DNA of 64,000 bases from Vitrella brassicaformis CCMP3155 (lineage: Eukaryota > Protista > Chromerida), in contig CDMY01000592.1 in NCBI GenBank assembly GCA_001179505.1, forward strand, positions 124,001 through 188,000, given 5' to 3'. Positions 9,706 through 22,112 of this stretch are shown piece by piece (position 1 is the stretch's first letter; each line of letters opens with the position of its first letter). Below the pieces are notes generated by a model, which was not told the origin of the DNA, made no database searches, and saw only the letters and a list, made by a program, of their open reading frames with translations. The position numbers were made by a program, and so were the translations under genes.

Positions 9706-12700
9706 ATGAAGCTTCTCGTGGCTGCTTCTCTTGGCACTGCGGTCCTTTCCTCTCTGTCGGCCACCTCCACTGAGCCCTCATTCACCACCGCCGCCTTCCT
9801 GCAGACCAGGGTATCGCTCGCGCAGTACTCTCATCGCCGGCACAAGAAGCGGAGTGCAAATTCAGCAAGGAAAGGGCCTGACGAAGTGCACGAGCTCGTT
9901 GCCTCACGGCCCGCCGGCAAGCTCACCTTGAGGCCGCCAGCTGACTCCAAGAAGGTCCACATCCATCTCAATGTCGACGCTGCGCACGTTGCCAATGCAA
10001 CGGGCGGGCTGCAGGCTGAGACACAGGCAGCAGATCAGCTGGGATACGTCGTGTCGGAGCCGCCGGATAAGAAGATGGTCATCGGCAAGAAAGCGCTGTC
10101 TGAATCGGCGGAGGCGGTGAAAGAGTCGGACGATGCTGTCCCGCTCGTGGCCGTGACCAGCCAGGAGGAGGCAGTCATCGACAGCGAGAGGCGGGTCATC
10201 GATATAGCCAATGTGAAACGGGAGATGGCCGTCGTTGGGGGCATTCGCATGGAGGATGGGGGAGGGAGGGACAACGTGATGGAGGCCTTCTGCCCTTACA
10301 ATCTGCCCATCTTTGCCAGGGCGTACGAGGCCATGTCTGAGGTGCGGGAGCTCAGACACATTCGGCCAAGAAGAGCCGGACATAATCTGCCGGTGAGCAA
10401 CGGAACTCCGACAGAGACATTGGACACACAAGGTCGATCAACGGCCTTTGAGTGTTCTCAGGCTTGTGAGTGGTTCAGAAATGAGCCCGTGTGCTGTTCG
10501 GACACTCTTCTTAAGCGTATCGCCTTGCTGTTTCGATTTTCGTCTGCTGGGGTCAGCGGCACCAAGGGGGCATGGCCTGGCCTGGCCTGGCTTGGCTTGG
10601 CTGACAACAAGATGTGTTTGTTTTTCTTTTTGCAAATCAGCGTTGGGGCGTCCGGCAGAGCATAGACCACTTCAGACACTCTGAGGACGTCATGATGGCA
10701 TGGCTCGATCGACGGAAGGTCAGATATCCTCTCAACGCCAAAGTCGAAAGCGCGCTGGAAAAGGTCCGCCTCCCTACCATGCTCACTGCAGACGCAATGT
10801 CTCCTTCCGTCCGTGTGTGTCTCTCCTGCGTCTTGTGTGCGGGCTGCATGCAGTTTGCCGGCCGCCTAGGCCGTGCCATGAAGGGATGCACTGCATACGA
10901 GGAGCACTGTCGAGACAAGTGAGACTGACTTAAGAAGGAAATATCAAGATGAATACATTTATCCATGCAATGCATCTTCGGCTGGTTATGTGTCTGTCCA
11001 TATCGCAGAATAGTGCAGTACTTCGAGGCCCTCAATTGTGAGCTGAGCTGCGATCCGCATCTGTCGATATACCTCGACAAACATCGGGTCAGCCAGTGGT
11101 ATGCGAGTCAGTCATCCCACCTCGATCGCCATAAATGTACATGTATGTATGCAGGAGCGCCTCCGTTTGTCGCGTGCTGGCCTGGACGAACTGTTTGACC
11201 GCTGCCACAAGACACGAGAGAGGGTCAAGCACTGCTCACACGAGCTGCAAAAGATCAGCGATGTTCTGCATAACACCGACAAGCGGGGAGAGGTACGTGT
11301 GTATGCAGCCAGATGAAGGAAGGCAAGCCAGCCATCTGTTTCCTTGGTATTTTGTGGCTGCAGCCTTTCCTGGAGAGGCTGGCTAACTTGACGACTAAGA
11401 ACGCGAAAGAGGCGCAGAAAGTGGAGGCAATGCTCGCTGACCGCGCCACATTCGAGAGACACCTGCAGCGAGGGGGCAAGCAAGCGGCCGAACGACAGAC
11501 ACTGTCACATCATCCATTGGTGGACCAATGTGTGTGTCGGTCTCCTCTGTCTCTCCTCAGGATTCGGCTCGACATTCTTCCTACAAGAGCTGCTCGGCAG
11601 CTTCCACTTCTACGACCAAAGTACAACAAGAGCGCGGACGAAATCTTCACTTGATATTGTTTGTGGTCTTCCTTATCCTTGTCAGCCATGATCAGTTGGC
11701 CAGAATGGCCCGCGACGATAGTCAAGCCCAAGAACGAGACTGGCATTGAGATCGTTATCTCTGCCACAGCTCCCAAGCCACCAGTAGCCACCTCTGCCAA
11801 GGAAGCCCCAGAGCTGCCCGTACCGATGAAAGGAGCCGCTGCCGTCCATAAACCTGCTGTTCCAGATGCGCCAATGGCCCTGAAGCCGCCAGGTGGACTC
11901 CTGAAACCCCCAGGACCAATGCCCCGTGTCCCTGGTCCACCGTCACCGATAAGCGTCATGCGATCCTCGGGCACGGCACCCGAAGAAGAGATATCTGAAG
12001 AGGGGACAGAGAGTGAAGCGACGGAGAGCTCAGAAACCGAGTCGGAGATTGACGAGTCGGCCGTAGAAGAGGAGCAGCCGCCAACACCTGTGGGCCCTCC
12101 TTCAAAGGAGGCACCAAAGGCACCCGGCCCATCTGAACCGATTACAGTGGCTCACGAGAAAAAGGAGAAGCCAATGTCAGTGCTGCAGCCGCCTTTGGGC
12201 GCAGTTCGCATGTCTAAGCCGCCAGGTGCCGCCCCCGTGGTCGGCGATATCGGTCCACCGCAGCCGATACAGGTGAAACGGCCGGCGGGGATGCAGCCCC
12301 AAGAAGCATCGGATCAAGAGGAGACAGGCACAAGCAGCGAGGAGTCAGAATCTGAAGAGGGGACAGAGAGTGAAGCGTCGGACTCTGAAGACATCGAATC
12401 CACTGAAGAAACGGCCAAGGATGTCAATGTGCCTGTCCCAAATGCAGTGCCGGTTCCGGAGGTGGACACGCAGCCATCGGCCAGGAGTCCCCTGCCAATG
12501 AGGCCGCCTGGCCCGATGCCCGCAATCGGCGATGTAGGCCCACCACCGGCGCTAAGCGCGGCGCGACCCGCGGAGATGCCAGCTGAAGGAGAGACATCTG
12601 AGGAAGAGCAGACAGACACGGGCAGCGAGGAGTCAGGATCTGAAGACGCCGAGCCAGCTGAAGATGAGATGGCTGAGGACGATCGTGGCGGAGAGGCAGA

Positions 12701-13949
12701 GGATGAGGAGGGATCTTTCCTGCAGGTGGGGGCAGTGAGTATGGGGAGCAAAGGCCTTTCAAACAAGAGACACGGCCATAAGCACCGAGCAGAGCACGCA
12801 AGACATCATCACAGAAGGATAACAGCGCAAGACAAACAAGGTGTCTCATGATATTCTCTTGTTCATCCATCCATCCATCCATGTATGTCTCTGACAGGCA
12901 CCCGTCCCCCTGCCCACACACAAAGCCAAAGTAGAAGACAAGGACAGCTCAAGCACAGGCCAGAAAAGCGCGGGCAGGGAGAAGATGCAAAACACATCGG
13001 AGACACACAGCGCGAGACACTTACAGCGAAATGGCCCAACGATCCAACCCACGATCACTCAGGCCCAGCAGCAGCAGCAGCAGCAGGGTGGTCAGCCGCC
13101 GGCTGCTCAGCCAATGCAACAGCAGCCGCCCCCTCCCCTCGCCCCTGCAGCCCCAGTGCAGACACAGCCACAGGGGCTGCCATCGCAGCCAGCAACCATA
13201 GGCTCTGCCATCGGACCACAGAAGCCTGCGCCGGTCCAAGAGGCGCCTCAGGGTCTACAGTATGGCTATGGAACGAAGGCAGCGGCCCCGGCTGGGCCAT
13301 ACGTCACCAACGTAGGGGCGGGGGAGCCTCCTCCTGGACAGACAAACCAGCAGCAGCAGCCGGCGGCAAGTGGGGCAAATGTCGGTGCCTCGTCTACTTT
13401 CCTGTTCCTGGAGTCTTTGCTGAGCAACCTTGTCCACACGGCAGAGCAAAGAGCGCAAAACGCCATCAGTGGGCTGTTCCACCGAGGCAGGAGACATGCG
13501 CGTGACAGCAGCCAAGAGAGAGCCCGCGAGGAGAAGAACAAACAGCAACCTGCGGTCGCGAGAGCAGGGATAGCAAGACCGATCCATTATCCTGCCTCAT
13601 CCACAGGTCCTCACGGCTCGCTCATTTCTTTCATTTTCGGTCCTTGATTGATGTCCCTGCTGTGTTGCCGTGTTCATGCTTCAGTTGATGTATTCCCAGG
13701 TTTGGACGGCGGTGCGCTATTTCCTTCGGCCGAGCGGAGCCGAGGAGGCAACCCTTTGGTAGAATTTTATGAGGACAAAACATTCCAAACAAGCCACCAC
13801 CATGCCCTATTCAGAGTACCCGACGATGCCATCGACTGTAAGAACATCAAGCAGACACACGACACACAAATGCAATGCGACCTCCCTTGTGCTTTGGCTA
13901 CTGTTTATGCCACGCAGGGAGTCCACCGCCACCTATTGCCACCGACTGA
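9706..13949 (+). CDS. Large secreted modular protein: Cys-rich domain, Pro/acidic repeats, Gln/Pro-rich region, short C-terminal domain
   Basis: Signal peptide MKLLVAASLGTAVLSSLSA (ATG 9706). Cys-rich exons 10280-11290, long exon from about 11686, Q/P-rich exon 12898-13606, exons 13685-13837 and 13918-13949 ending WSPPPPIATD*. The junction near 12735-12897 is uncertain, and this could be two genes. Confidence 0.6.
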
Positions 13950-14460
13950 CTGAGTGGGGTGTGTGTGTGTGTGCGACTGAGAATTAAGATGGATGGATAC
14001 ATTTTGCTCGATGTCGACCCGACCCCGACGTATGATTCATCGTTCAGACATTCGACATTCGCTTGTCCTCCCTCCACAGATCAATCCATGTGCGGATGCA
14101 ATGCATACATACATCACGCCATCGGTCTTGCGATGTGTGCACATGAGGCCGACCAACAGACAGACAGGATATTATTCAGCTGTCACCTCTCCCCCATTGC
14201 TGTCTGTCAGTCACTCTGCGGCTCCGTCCACTGCAGGCAGGTCGAGCAGCCTGATGACTTCTTGTGTCGTTCTGCCATGCCTCCGCAACGCCCACTTGCG
14301 ACTCACCGCCTGCGCCACACACAAAAAGGAAGAGTCCCCAGTGTGTGTGCTCAGCTGTGTATGCGCAGATCTGTGTTGGCGGCGTACGAGTGCTGCGGTG
14401 CGAGTGACGGCGCCAGACTGGTGCTTATCGGAGGGCAGGAATAGCTCCTCCTCTCTCAGC

Positions 14461-16011
14461 TCACGGAAAGTTCGGCTCAAACTTCTGGTGCTCCCGCTGC
14501 TCCTCCCGCTGCTCGATGAAGAGTCGAGGGCCTGACACAAAGACCCACACGATGGGCGAGACATGATTCACGAAGATATCCATGGTCGACCTTGGAGTGT
14601 TTCGTAGCTTTCTTGAGGAGAGGTATGGCGATGACGGCATTGCCACGCACACTCGAGATGGGCACAGATGTGTGGCGGGAAACAACATCGGCCTGTGCAC
14701 AGACGCAAAGATACACACATGCTTATCCACTACTCTCGTGATAGGCTGCCCCCCGCCCCTTGCTCACCCACAACGCGACTTTGGTGTCTCCTGTCCGTCT
14801 GATGAGGCGATTCGCGAGGTACAGCGACACCGATGCTAGTTCCAGTTGCGAAAACCGCCCCATCTCGTAGCTCACGGCCAGCACCTCCAGCATGTAGTTG
14901 GCCACTCGGAAATGCGATGACGTGATGTCGATGCGGCCCGTCTGCAGGAAGAACAGGCACTTGAGGAAGAAGTAGCAGCTCCCAGCCTAGCGACACAGGT
15001 GAATAGAGAAAAGAAGAAGACAAAAGGGAATCGTGTTTGGTGTGCTGTGTATTGCAATTCACGGAATGCTGCCAAATACATAGATTTTGCCGCCGAGTGC
15101 GCTGAGAATTTCCACCTCAAGCCGCTCGAAGTCACAGCCAGGGCTCGTGTCCTCACACACTGAAGAGAGAGATAATAACAGCGAAATCCAGTCAGTCGAC
15201 ACGTCCCGGCTTTCTGTTCTCCTCCCCCCCCGAGTGGATGAGCCTACGGTAGATGAAGTCAGCGAGCTCTGGCGGATGCACCTCGCTGTACTTGCTGCAC
15301 GAGGACACACAGAGTGCATCCTTGTCCCCTCTTGCACGTAGCTGGCTGCCTGGCTGTGTGCATGGGTGTGTGCGGTGACCTTGCGATCCACATGGCTGTG
15401 CACCCGAGCAGCTGCAGTTTCTCCCGTGGCCATTCGACATCGCTGACAGGACAAACACACCACAAACACTTATATGTTTGCCCCGCCCGCCCGCCCGCCC
15501 GCCCGCCCGCTTGTTTTGCGTACTGCGTCATGTATGCGTCGATGATGTGAATGGTCATGATCAGCACATCGGGTGAGAGGTTCATGAAGAGGTGGACATC
15601 CACCAGCCAGTCGAGCAGCAGGTCCCGCTCTCCGCGAGTGACAGAGCCCTTCTTGTCCTCGTCAATGTAACTCATCGGACGAGCCACACCGTCAAACTGC
15701 AGTGCATGCATGACAAACACAAAGAGAGAGCTCACACACACAACACAGACGACGACGACGGATCTGTTTCTCAAACATTCACTGACCCGTTTTCTTTCAT
15801 TGTGGAAGTTGGGCAGCAGATACGCATACTCGGCAGGCAGGCGCTGGCTGGATCTCGCCGCTGCTTGTGTGTATGGCTCGGCACGGTGGCGCTTCCTCTC
15901 CTCGCGCTGTGGCTGGAACGGGAGGGGCGTGTCGGACCGGCGGGCAGCCTTCTCGTTGTGCGCAAGCATCTGCAACTTCTCAAGAAGCGTCACCTTCCCC
16001 ACATTCTTCAT
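14461..16011 (-). CDS. Cyclin (A/B-like cyclin box)
   Basis: [88 protein letters not shown]...LASVSLYLA. Confidence 0.9.
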
Positions 16012-16093
16012 GGCGGCCTCCTCGTGAACGGCTTTGCAAGAGAGTTTACGATTGCCACTTGCGAGCTGAGCTCATACATGGGGCTCAGGGGGG

Positions 16094-16095
<2 letters not shown>

Positions 16096-16128
<33 letters not shown>
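16096..16128 (+). repeat. (GA)16 microsatellite in the cyclin / ICL-PEPM divergent promoter
   Basis: Perfect GA run preceded by a G run. Confidence 0.95.
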
Positions 16129-16132
<4 letters not shown>

Positions 16133-16233
16133 CTCAGAAACGTCGGTCGAGAGTCAGACGCAGCAGACGCCCACCCGCCAGCCATCCACTCTGACGGATC
16201 CGACGGATTCGCAGCAGTACGACTTGCCCATCT

Positions 16234-17941
16234 ATGTCGAATCCGTCGGCGGACCGTCTGAGGCGCCTCCTGGAAGGCGCTGACATCCTCGTGATGCCCT
16301 GCTGCTACGATGCGCTCACTGCCAAGCTCATCGAGGAGGCCGGTGAGGACGTCACAAAGGATATGACGCAGCTACAGGTGCTCAATCAAACTGTGCTGTT
16401 TTGCTTTTCTCCTTCAGGTTTCCCCCTGACGTTCATGTCGGGCTTCAGCGTATCTGCCGCGCGGGGCTTTCCGGACACGCAGCTCATCTCATACCAGGAG
16501 ATGGTGGACACATGCGCGTAAGCACAGGCGCAGGACGACAAGCACGAGAAAGGAATGAGCTCAGTCGTCGCGTTCGCTCTGTATGTCAGATCCATATGTG
16601 CAACTCTCAAGACCACGCCTCTGATTGGCGATGGAGACAATGGATACGGTGGGCGAGACGAAGTGTGTTTCACACTCGCCATTTGCTGAATGGGTGTGCT
16701 TGTTTCGTGCAGGAAATCCCGTGAATGTCAAGAGGACAGTCAAGGGATACGCCCAGGCAGGTGGGAAGCCAAGCTTCTAGGAAGAACAACACAGTGATTG
16801 AGCCAAGTGCCGGAAAGCATTGCCTGTTTGTTTTCGTTTGTGTATCGTCAGGTGCGGCATGTGTGATGATTGAGGACCAGGTGGCCCCAAAGCGATGCGG
16901 ACACACCAAAGGCAAAGACGTAAGAGGACTGAAGACAATGAATGGCACTGTGACTGTACTGTTCTCCGCCTGTTGGTCTGTGTGCAGGTCATTTCCTATG
17001 AGGATGCGTGTATGAAGATCCAAGCAGCCGTTGACGCGAGGTGACCAAAACAAACAGCACGAAATGCGCACGCATATCTGTCCTCTGCCTTGTTCGTTCA
17101 GGAATGAGGGCCGCGACATTCTCATCCTGGCCCGCACCGACGCAAGGGCCACACACGGGTAAGCCATCTGTCTGTTCGCCTGACTTACCTAGCTGTGCGT
17201 GTGTTCTTCTGCACAGACTTGACGAGGCGATCCGTCGGTGCCAGGCTTTTCGCCGTCTGGGTGCTGACATCACCTTTCTCGAGGCGCCGCAGACAGAGGA
17301 AGAAATGAGGAGATACTGCACGTAAGACGGTGGGTGCTGCTGGATGTCTGGTGGATGGTGTGTGCTCTTGTGCGTGTTGTGTGCAGGGAGGTGGACGGCC
17401 CCAAGCTCGCCAACATGCTCGAGGGCGGCAAGTCGCCAATCATACCACCGAAGGTCAGCCAGCGGCGGGATGGATGGATGGGTGGATGGATGAATGGGTG
17501 CACAGCTGACAGTGTAGTGAATGCGTCGTCGTGGTGTCACGCCGTGCTGTGCAGGAGTTGCAGGCCATCGGCTTCAAGATCGTGGCGTACCCTCTCACCC
17601 TGCTGTCGTCAGGCATCAAGGTAATGACATGACACCCTGTCAGGTCAGGCAGCCCTGTCCATGACATGACGTGACAGCACGTGTGTGTATGTGCTGTGCC
17701 TGTTGATGTATCAATCAGGCCATGAAGAATGCTCTGGATGCACTCAAGGCTGGCAAGCCCACCGACTCGTACATTCTGCCATTCGAAGGTACCGCTCTTC
17801 ACACATGAGTCGACCAGCGCCACGACCGTCTGTGTGAGTGTCCATGGGTGGTCAGATCTCCGTGCGATCGTTGGGTTTGAGGACTACTACAAGGAGGAGG
17901 AGCGATATGCGACAACCAGCCCGCAGACGAATGGCAAATAG
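16234..17941 (+). CDS. Isocitrate lyase/PEP mutase family enzyme (2-methylisocitrate lyase / 2,3-dimethylmalate lyase-like)
   Basis: MPCCYDALTAKLIEEAGFPLTFMSGFSVSA, IGDGDNGYGNPVNVKRTVKGY, IEDQVAPKRCGH, ILARTDAR, GADITFLEAP, ANMLEGGKSP, YPLTLLS. Confidence 0.92.
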
Positions 17942-18358
17942 GAAGGGGTGGGTGGGTGGCTGAGTGGGTGCTGCCAGGAACTTTGTGTGGCTGCCGGCGG
18001 GGGGCATTGCACTGCGAGTGATGGTGGAATGTAGATCTGTGTAGATGAGAGGAGCGACGTTTTTGTCCACACAATGCCGGGTTGACGCGAACGCACTTTA
18101 TTTCGTTAATGGGAGTTGGGCGGCGCAATTCGCTTGGCGGAATGCATTATGTATGCATCTGCATAGATTTCTGCGAGGACGCGAAAGGCAGGCAGCCGCC
18201 CTTTTACGTAAGGCTCAAAGCCGGCCAGGTACCCACGGCCAGGTACGGGGGGCAGCGGCAATGCCAAAGGCAGATAGATAACTTCTTCCCGCCACGGCAG
18301 GCGGGGAATGAGGACGGCTTCAGCCATCCTTTTTTGCTGCGTGAATCCCTCTCCAAGG

Positions 18359-19184
18359 ATGTCGGCGGACCCCCCGCAGCAGCTCACGTCGGGGGTGGTC
18401 TATGACCCACAGCTCAAGTGCTGGGTAGCGTGCTGGGTGGACGAGCGCGGGCAGCAGCGCGAAACCGCCTACTCGGTAGAGTACTTCAGCGATCTGGGCG
18501 CTCGCGAGATGGCCGCAGCACGCCATCAGATGGCCATCGAGTCCATGGCGGCGGCCGTTAAGGCGCACACTAAGGCGGGCTGTAGCGGGGGTGCGGGTGG
18601 GGTGGAAATGGGGGTGCCGACGGCTCAGGTCAGTACTGCACGTACAGATCTTGATTGATGCGGAATCTGCTGTCCCTGTTTGCACTGGTTGGTTGCAGGG
18701 TGCGAAGGCCCACGGTGCTCAGGTTGGCGGCGGTAGCTACGGTAGTGTCGGGCCCCTCGTGCAGCCGATGCAGGGCGGCAGCACCAGCAAAGGATACCAG
18801 GTGATTGGTACCATCCAGAGTGCCGAATCGCCGACTCAGTCCAAGAAGGCCCCTGCTGCCGTGGGTGCGTCCATGCCGCTCGGCGTCGAGGGCAGCAGCA
18901 GCCTGGTGGAGGACCGTGGGGTGTGGTACGACAAGCGCACCGCCTCTTGGTGCGCATCATGGACCCAAGACGGCGAGGAGCAGGTGGCATTCTACCACGT
19001 CCCCACGTACACATTCTGGGGAGGTAAGGAAACCCGTCAGCGACACGGTGTCTCTCTCGTGTCCCCCACACCCACCCGTCTATTACGGCCTGATTATGGT
19101 TATCTCTCATGTCATGAATGGCGCGTTTTCTTTTCAGCGTACCAGCGGGCAGTGCAGCGGCGTGACGAGGCAGTCAAGAGTTAG
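18359..19184 (+). CDS. Small transcription factor with two ApiAP2-type AP2 domains
   Basis: GVVYDPQLKCWVACWVDERGQQRETAYSVEYFSDLGAREMAAAR and GVWYDKRTASWCASWTQDGEEQVAFYHVPTYTFWGAYQRAVQRR. Introns 18629-18698 and 19024-19137. An upstream in-frame ATG lies at 18308. Confidence 0.8.
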
Positions 19185-19758
19185 GTAGAGGCGTGTAGAG
19201 GGATGGGAGGGGGTAGACGAGAAAGGAAAGGCGTTCTCTGAGTAAAAGGCTGGCTTGGGAGGCATGGGATGGGGTGGGGTGGGTGGTTGGATGAGTGCGT
19301 GTGTGCGTGTGTGCGTGTGATTGTGAGTAGGGGCAGTGTGGTTGCTGTGAGGCAACATCTGACTAGACAGACAGACACCTGACCGACCTGTGCAGAGAAC
19401 CACCGTGCATGGCAGGCACCTCGTTGAAGCCATCGATGCAGTCAGTCCCGAAGTCATACATACCCCACACATGACACACATACACACACATACAGACATC
19501 ACACACACATGCACACACACACAGACACCATGAGCCCACCAAGGCAGGCTGGTCGCCATTAAATGCAGTGCAGACCGTCCTGCATCTCGGTCATTGTTCG
19601 AGAACCCGCAAAACCCACCTGCAACGACGACTGACGCACCCGCCCTCCCTCCCTCCCGTCCTCCATCTACTCATTGCACGCAAGCACTCAGCCATGGGAA
19701 AATGAACGAGTGCATTCTTCCACCATTCAGCATTTGCAATAGCTACCCAGACGCCCGA

Positions 19759-20454
19759 CTAACCAGCCGTCTGCAGCACCTCGATCTCGAAGCACAGGTC
19801 TGCACGTCACAGGGATGCATGTGTGTGTGTGTGTGTGTGTGTGCAGGTGTTGTGTCACCTGCGTCGGGAGGGATTCCCCATGCAGGGAAGCCGCTGGATC
19901 CATAGCCCACTGACAGGACAGGACAGGACAGGACAGGACAGGAGAGAGATCTGAGCCCATGGCCCCCAATGGCATTATGCGTGTCGCGTACTGTTGGCAG
20001 GTATCATAATGTTGGCCTTCTCTCCGACCTTCATGCCCAGCACGCCTTGGTCCCACCCAGCAATCACCTCGCCCTTACCGGCATTGAACTGGAACGGCTG
20101 AACGATTGATTGATCGCCCACACCCACCAACACACGCGCAGCGACATCCACCACACACGATTCATGCGCAGCTGTCGAGTGTCAAGTGTCGACGACAGAG
20201 ACGGTCGACGAGGGAGGGTACCTGCTGGCCGGGGTCGCGCGTGGACCAGAATTTCTTCAGCGCGCCACCAGGCTGGCGCACGTTGCCGGTGGCATGCACG
20301 GTCGTCCGCATCCCTGCCTGCACAACAGGCCCGTTGCCTTCACACACACATACATAGATCAGCGACCAAGGGGATGCCTCAGGAACGTCGTCCCTCTTTC
20401 CCTCGGCTCACCTGGAGTGATGATCTCCTTGGCAAGCTGTGTAATCCTCGACAT
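19759..20454 (-). CDS. FKBP12: FKBP12-type PPIase (118 aa), not captured as one ORF by the track
   Basis: Five exons (43+116+106+51+41 nt): [32 protein letters not shown]...[77 protein letters not shown]. Confidence 0.93.
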
Positions 20455-20819
20455 GACAGCGGAACAACTGGTAGAACTGCGGGAAACAAGAACGGTCAGC
20501 CCGTCATTGCATGTGCGTGTGCCTTTCAGATTTCAGCTCTGCTTACTCAGGGCTGCTCCTCTACACACCCGGCGTCCGTATTTGTTGCAGATCTCCGGTT
20601 GCTGCGTGCGAGCCGCAGATCTCAGCTTCAAGTCAGCTCGCAGCGGGTCAGAGTTGCTTGAGAGAGCTGCTGCAGGACCAGGAGAGAGAAGGAGGGAGGA
20701 AGCTGCTGCCGGCCTTGTGAACACAGTTGAAGCAGATCTGAGAGGGTGGAACGAAAGGCTTGGTCGCATCACTGACGCTGAGAAGCCAACGGAGCGAGGA
20801 GCAAGCTTCTTCCTTCACG

Positions 20820-22112
20820 ATGGGGAGTGACAACCAAGACAAAGACGGGTGGCCCACTTTCGCGCTTCTGGTGGTGTACGTGCACGGGGTCTACATGCTC
20901 TCCTTCCTCATCATGCCCACTCTGCTGCTCATGTCGATTATCTCCTCCTGGCGCTATCTGCTGCTGCCGCCGTGGATAGCCTACTTCCTGTGGACATTCG
21001 ACAGATCAGAGGTCAGGCCGGTCAGCCCTCACCAACAACACGTGACGTGACATCTGTCTGGCAGTTAACCGATGGATGTGATGTGTGTGTTGTGTGCAGT
21101 ATCGCTTGGGCCGTCCGTGGCCCTGGCTGAGTCAGCACGCGTGGCCTCTGCAGGCTCTGCGGCGTTACTTCCCATTCACCATCCACGTGCCGCCGTCACT
21201 CGCCAAGACACCCGACCCCAAGACAGGGACTGGAGAGGCAGACGACCACCCGCCAAGGACTAAGAAGAAGGGGCCATACATCATCGCCATCCACCCTCAC
21301 GGCTCGACATCGGACTACAGGATCATCTGCGACGGGCTGCTCACTGACCACATCGACTTCGGTTTCAGGGAGAACGCAGAGAGTGAGGGGTTCCCCTATC
21401 GCACGCTGGCCGCATCGTCGCTCTTCTGGTTCCCTATCGCGAGGGAGGGCGCTCTGTGGACGGGCTGTGTGGATGCGGGGAGAAGGACGGCCGAGTGTGT
21501 GCTGTCACACGGACTGAGCATCCTGGTTGTGCCTGGAGGGCAGAGAGAAATGCTCATGACTCAGTGCGGCAAGGAGATCATCTATCTGAAGAAACGCCTT
21601 GGCTTTGTGCGGCTCGCGGTGCGTCATGGGGTGGCCCTTGTGCCGTGCTACGTCTTTGGGGCATCTGGTAGGGAGGGGAGGGGGACTGAAATGGATGGAT
21701 GGATGCGCTTTGTGTGTTATTTATTTCTGCCCCCTGTCAGATACGTACTTCACATGCCGTTTGCTGGAGAAGCTTCGTGAGTGGATATCTGAGCGGCTGA
21801 AGCTCACGATTCCCCTCATCTGTGGTGCGCCGCTGCTCATGCCCAGACGCATACCCATGCACATGGTCAGTCAACAGCGATGAAGGACCACATACACCTC
21901 ACCCGCCTCCCACGCACGTCGGATTCGATTCGTGTGTTATTCAGGTGTTCGGCGATCCCGTGTCGCCCCCGTCGATAGAGCGGCGTGAGGAGAGGTCAGA
22001 GGAGCAGCGGGTGGCAGAGATGCATGCCGCCTACGTGGAGGCTGTGCAGCGGCTGTTCGATGAACACAAGGGGAAGTTCGGCTACGGGGATCGACAGCTG
22101 ATCGTCTTGTGA
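20820..22112 (+). CDS. DGAT2: Diacylglycerol acyltransferase type 2 / MOGAT family
   Basis: N-terminal TM segments, YIIAIHPHG, LAASSLFWFPIARE, LVVPGGQREML, KRLGFVRLAVRHGVALVPCYVFG, VFGDPV, YVEAVQRLFDEHK. Confidence 0.9.

Noticed and set aside
5874-20454. Two PPIases (Pin1, FKBP12) as a functional cluster
   Set aside because: Different families 13 kb apart among unrelated genes; consistent with chance.
20533-20772. Minus-strand ORF resembling a mitochondrial presequence for FKBP12
   Set aside because: After the 20477-20546 intron it is out of frame with the FKBP12 ATG, and the in-frame reading has an upstream TAG.
20186-20830. 214-aa plus-strand ORF apparently overlapping the DGAT2 start
   Set aside because: It is the antisense shadow of the spliced FKBP12 gene and the shared promoter.
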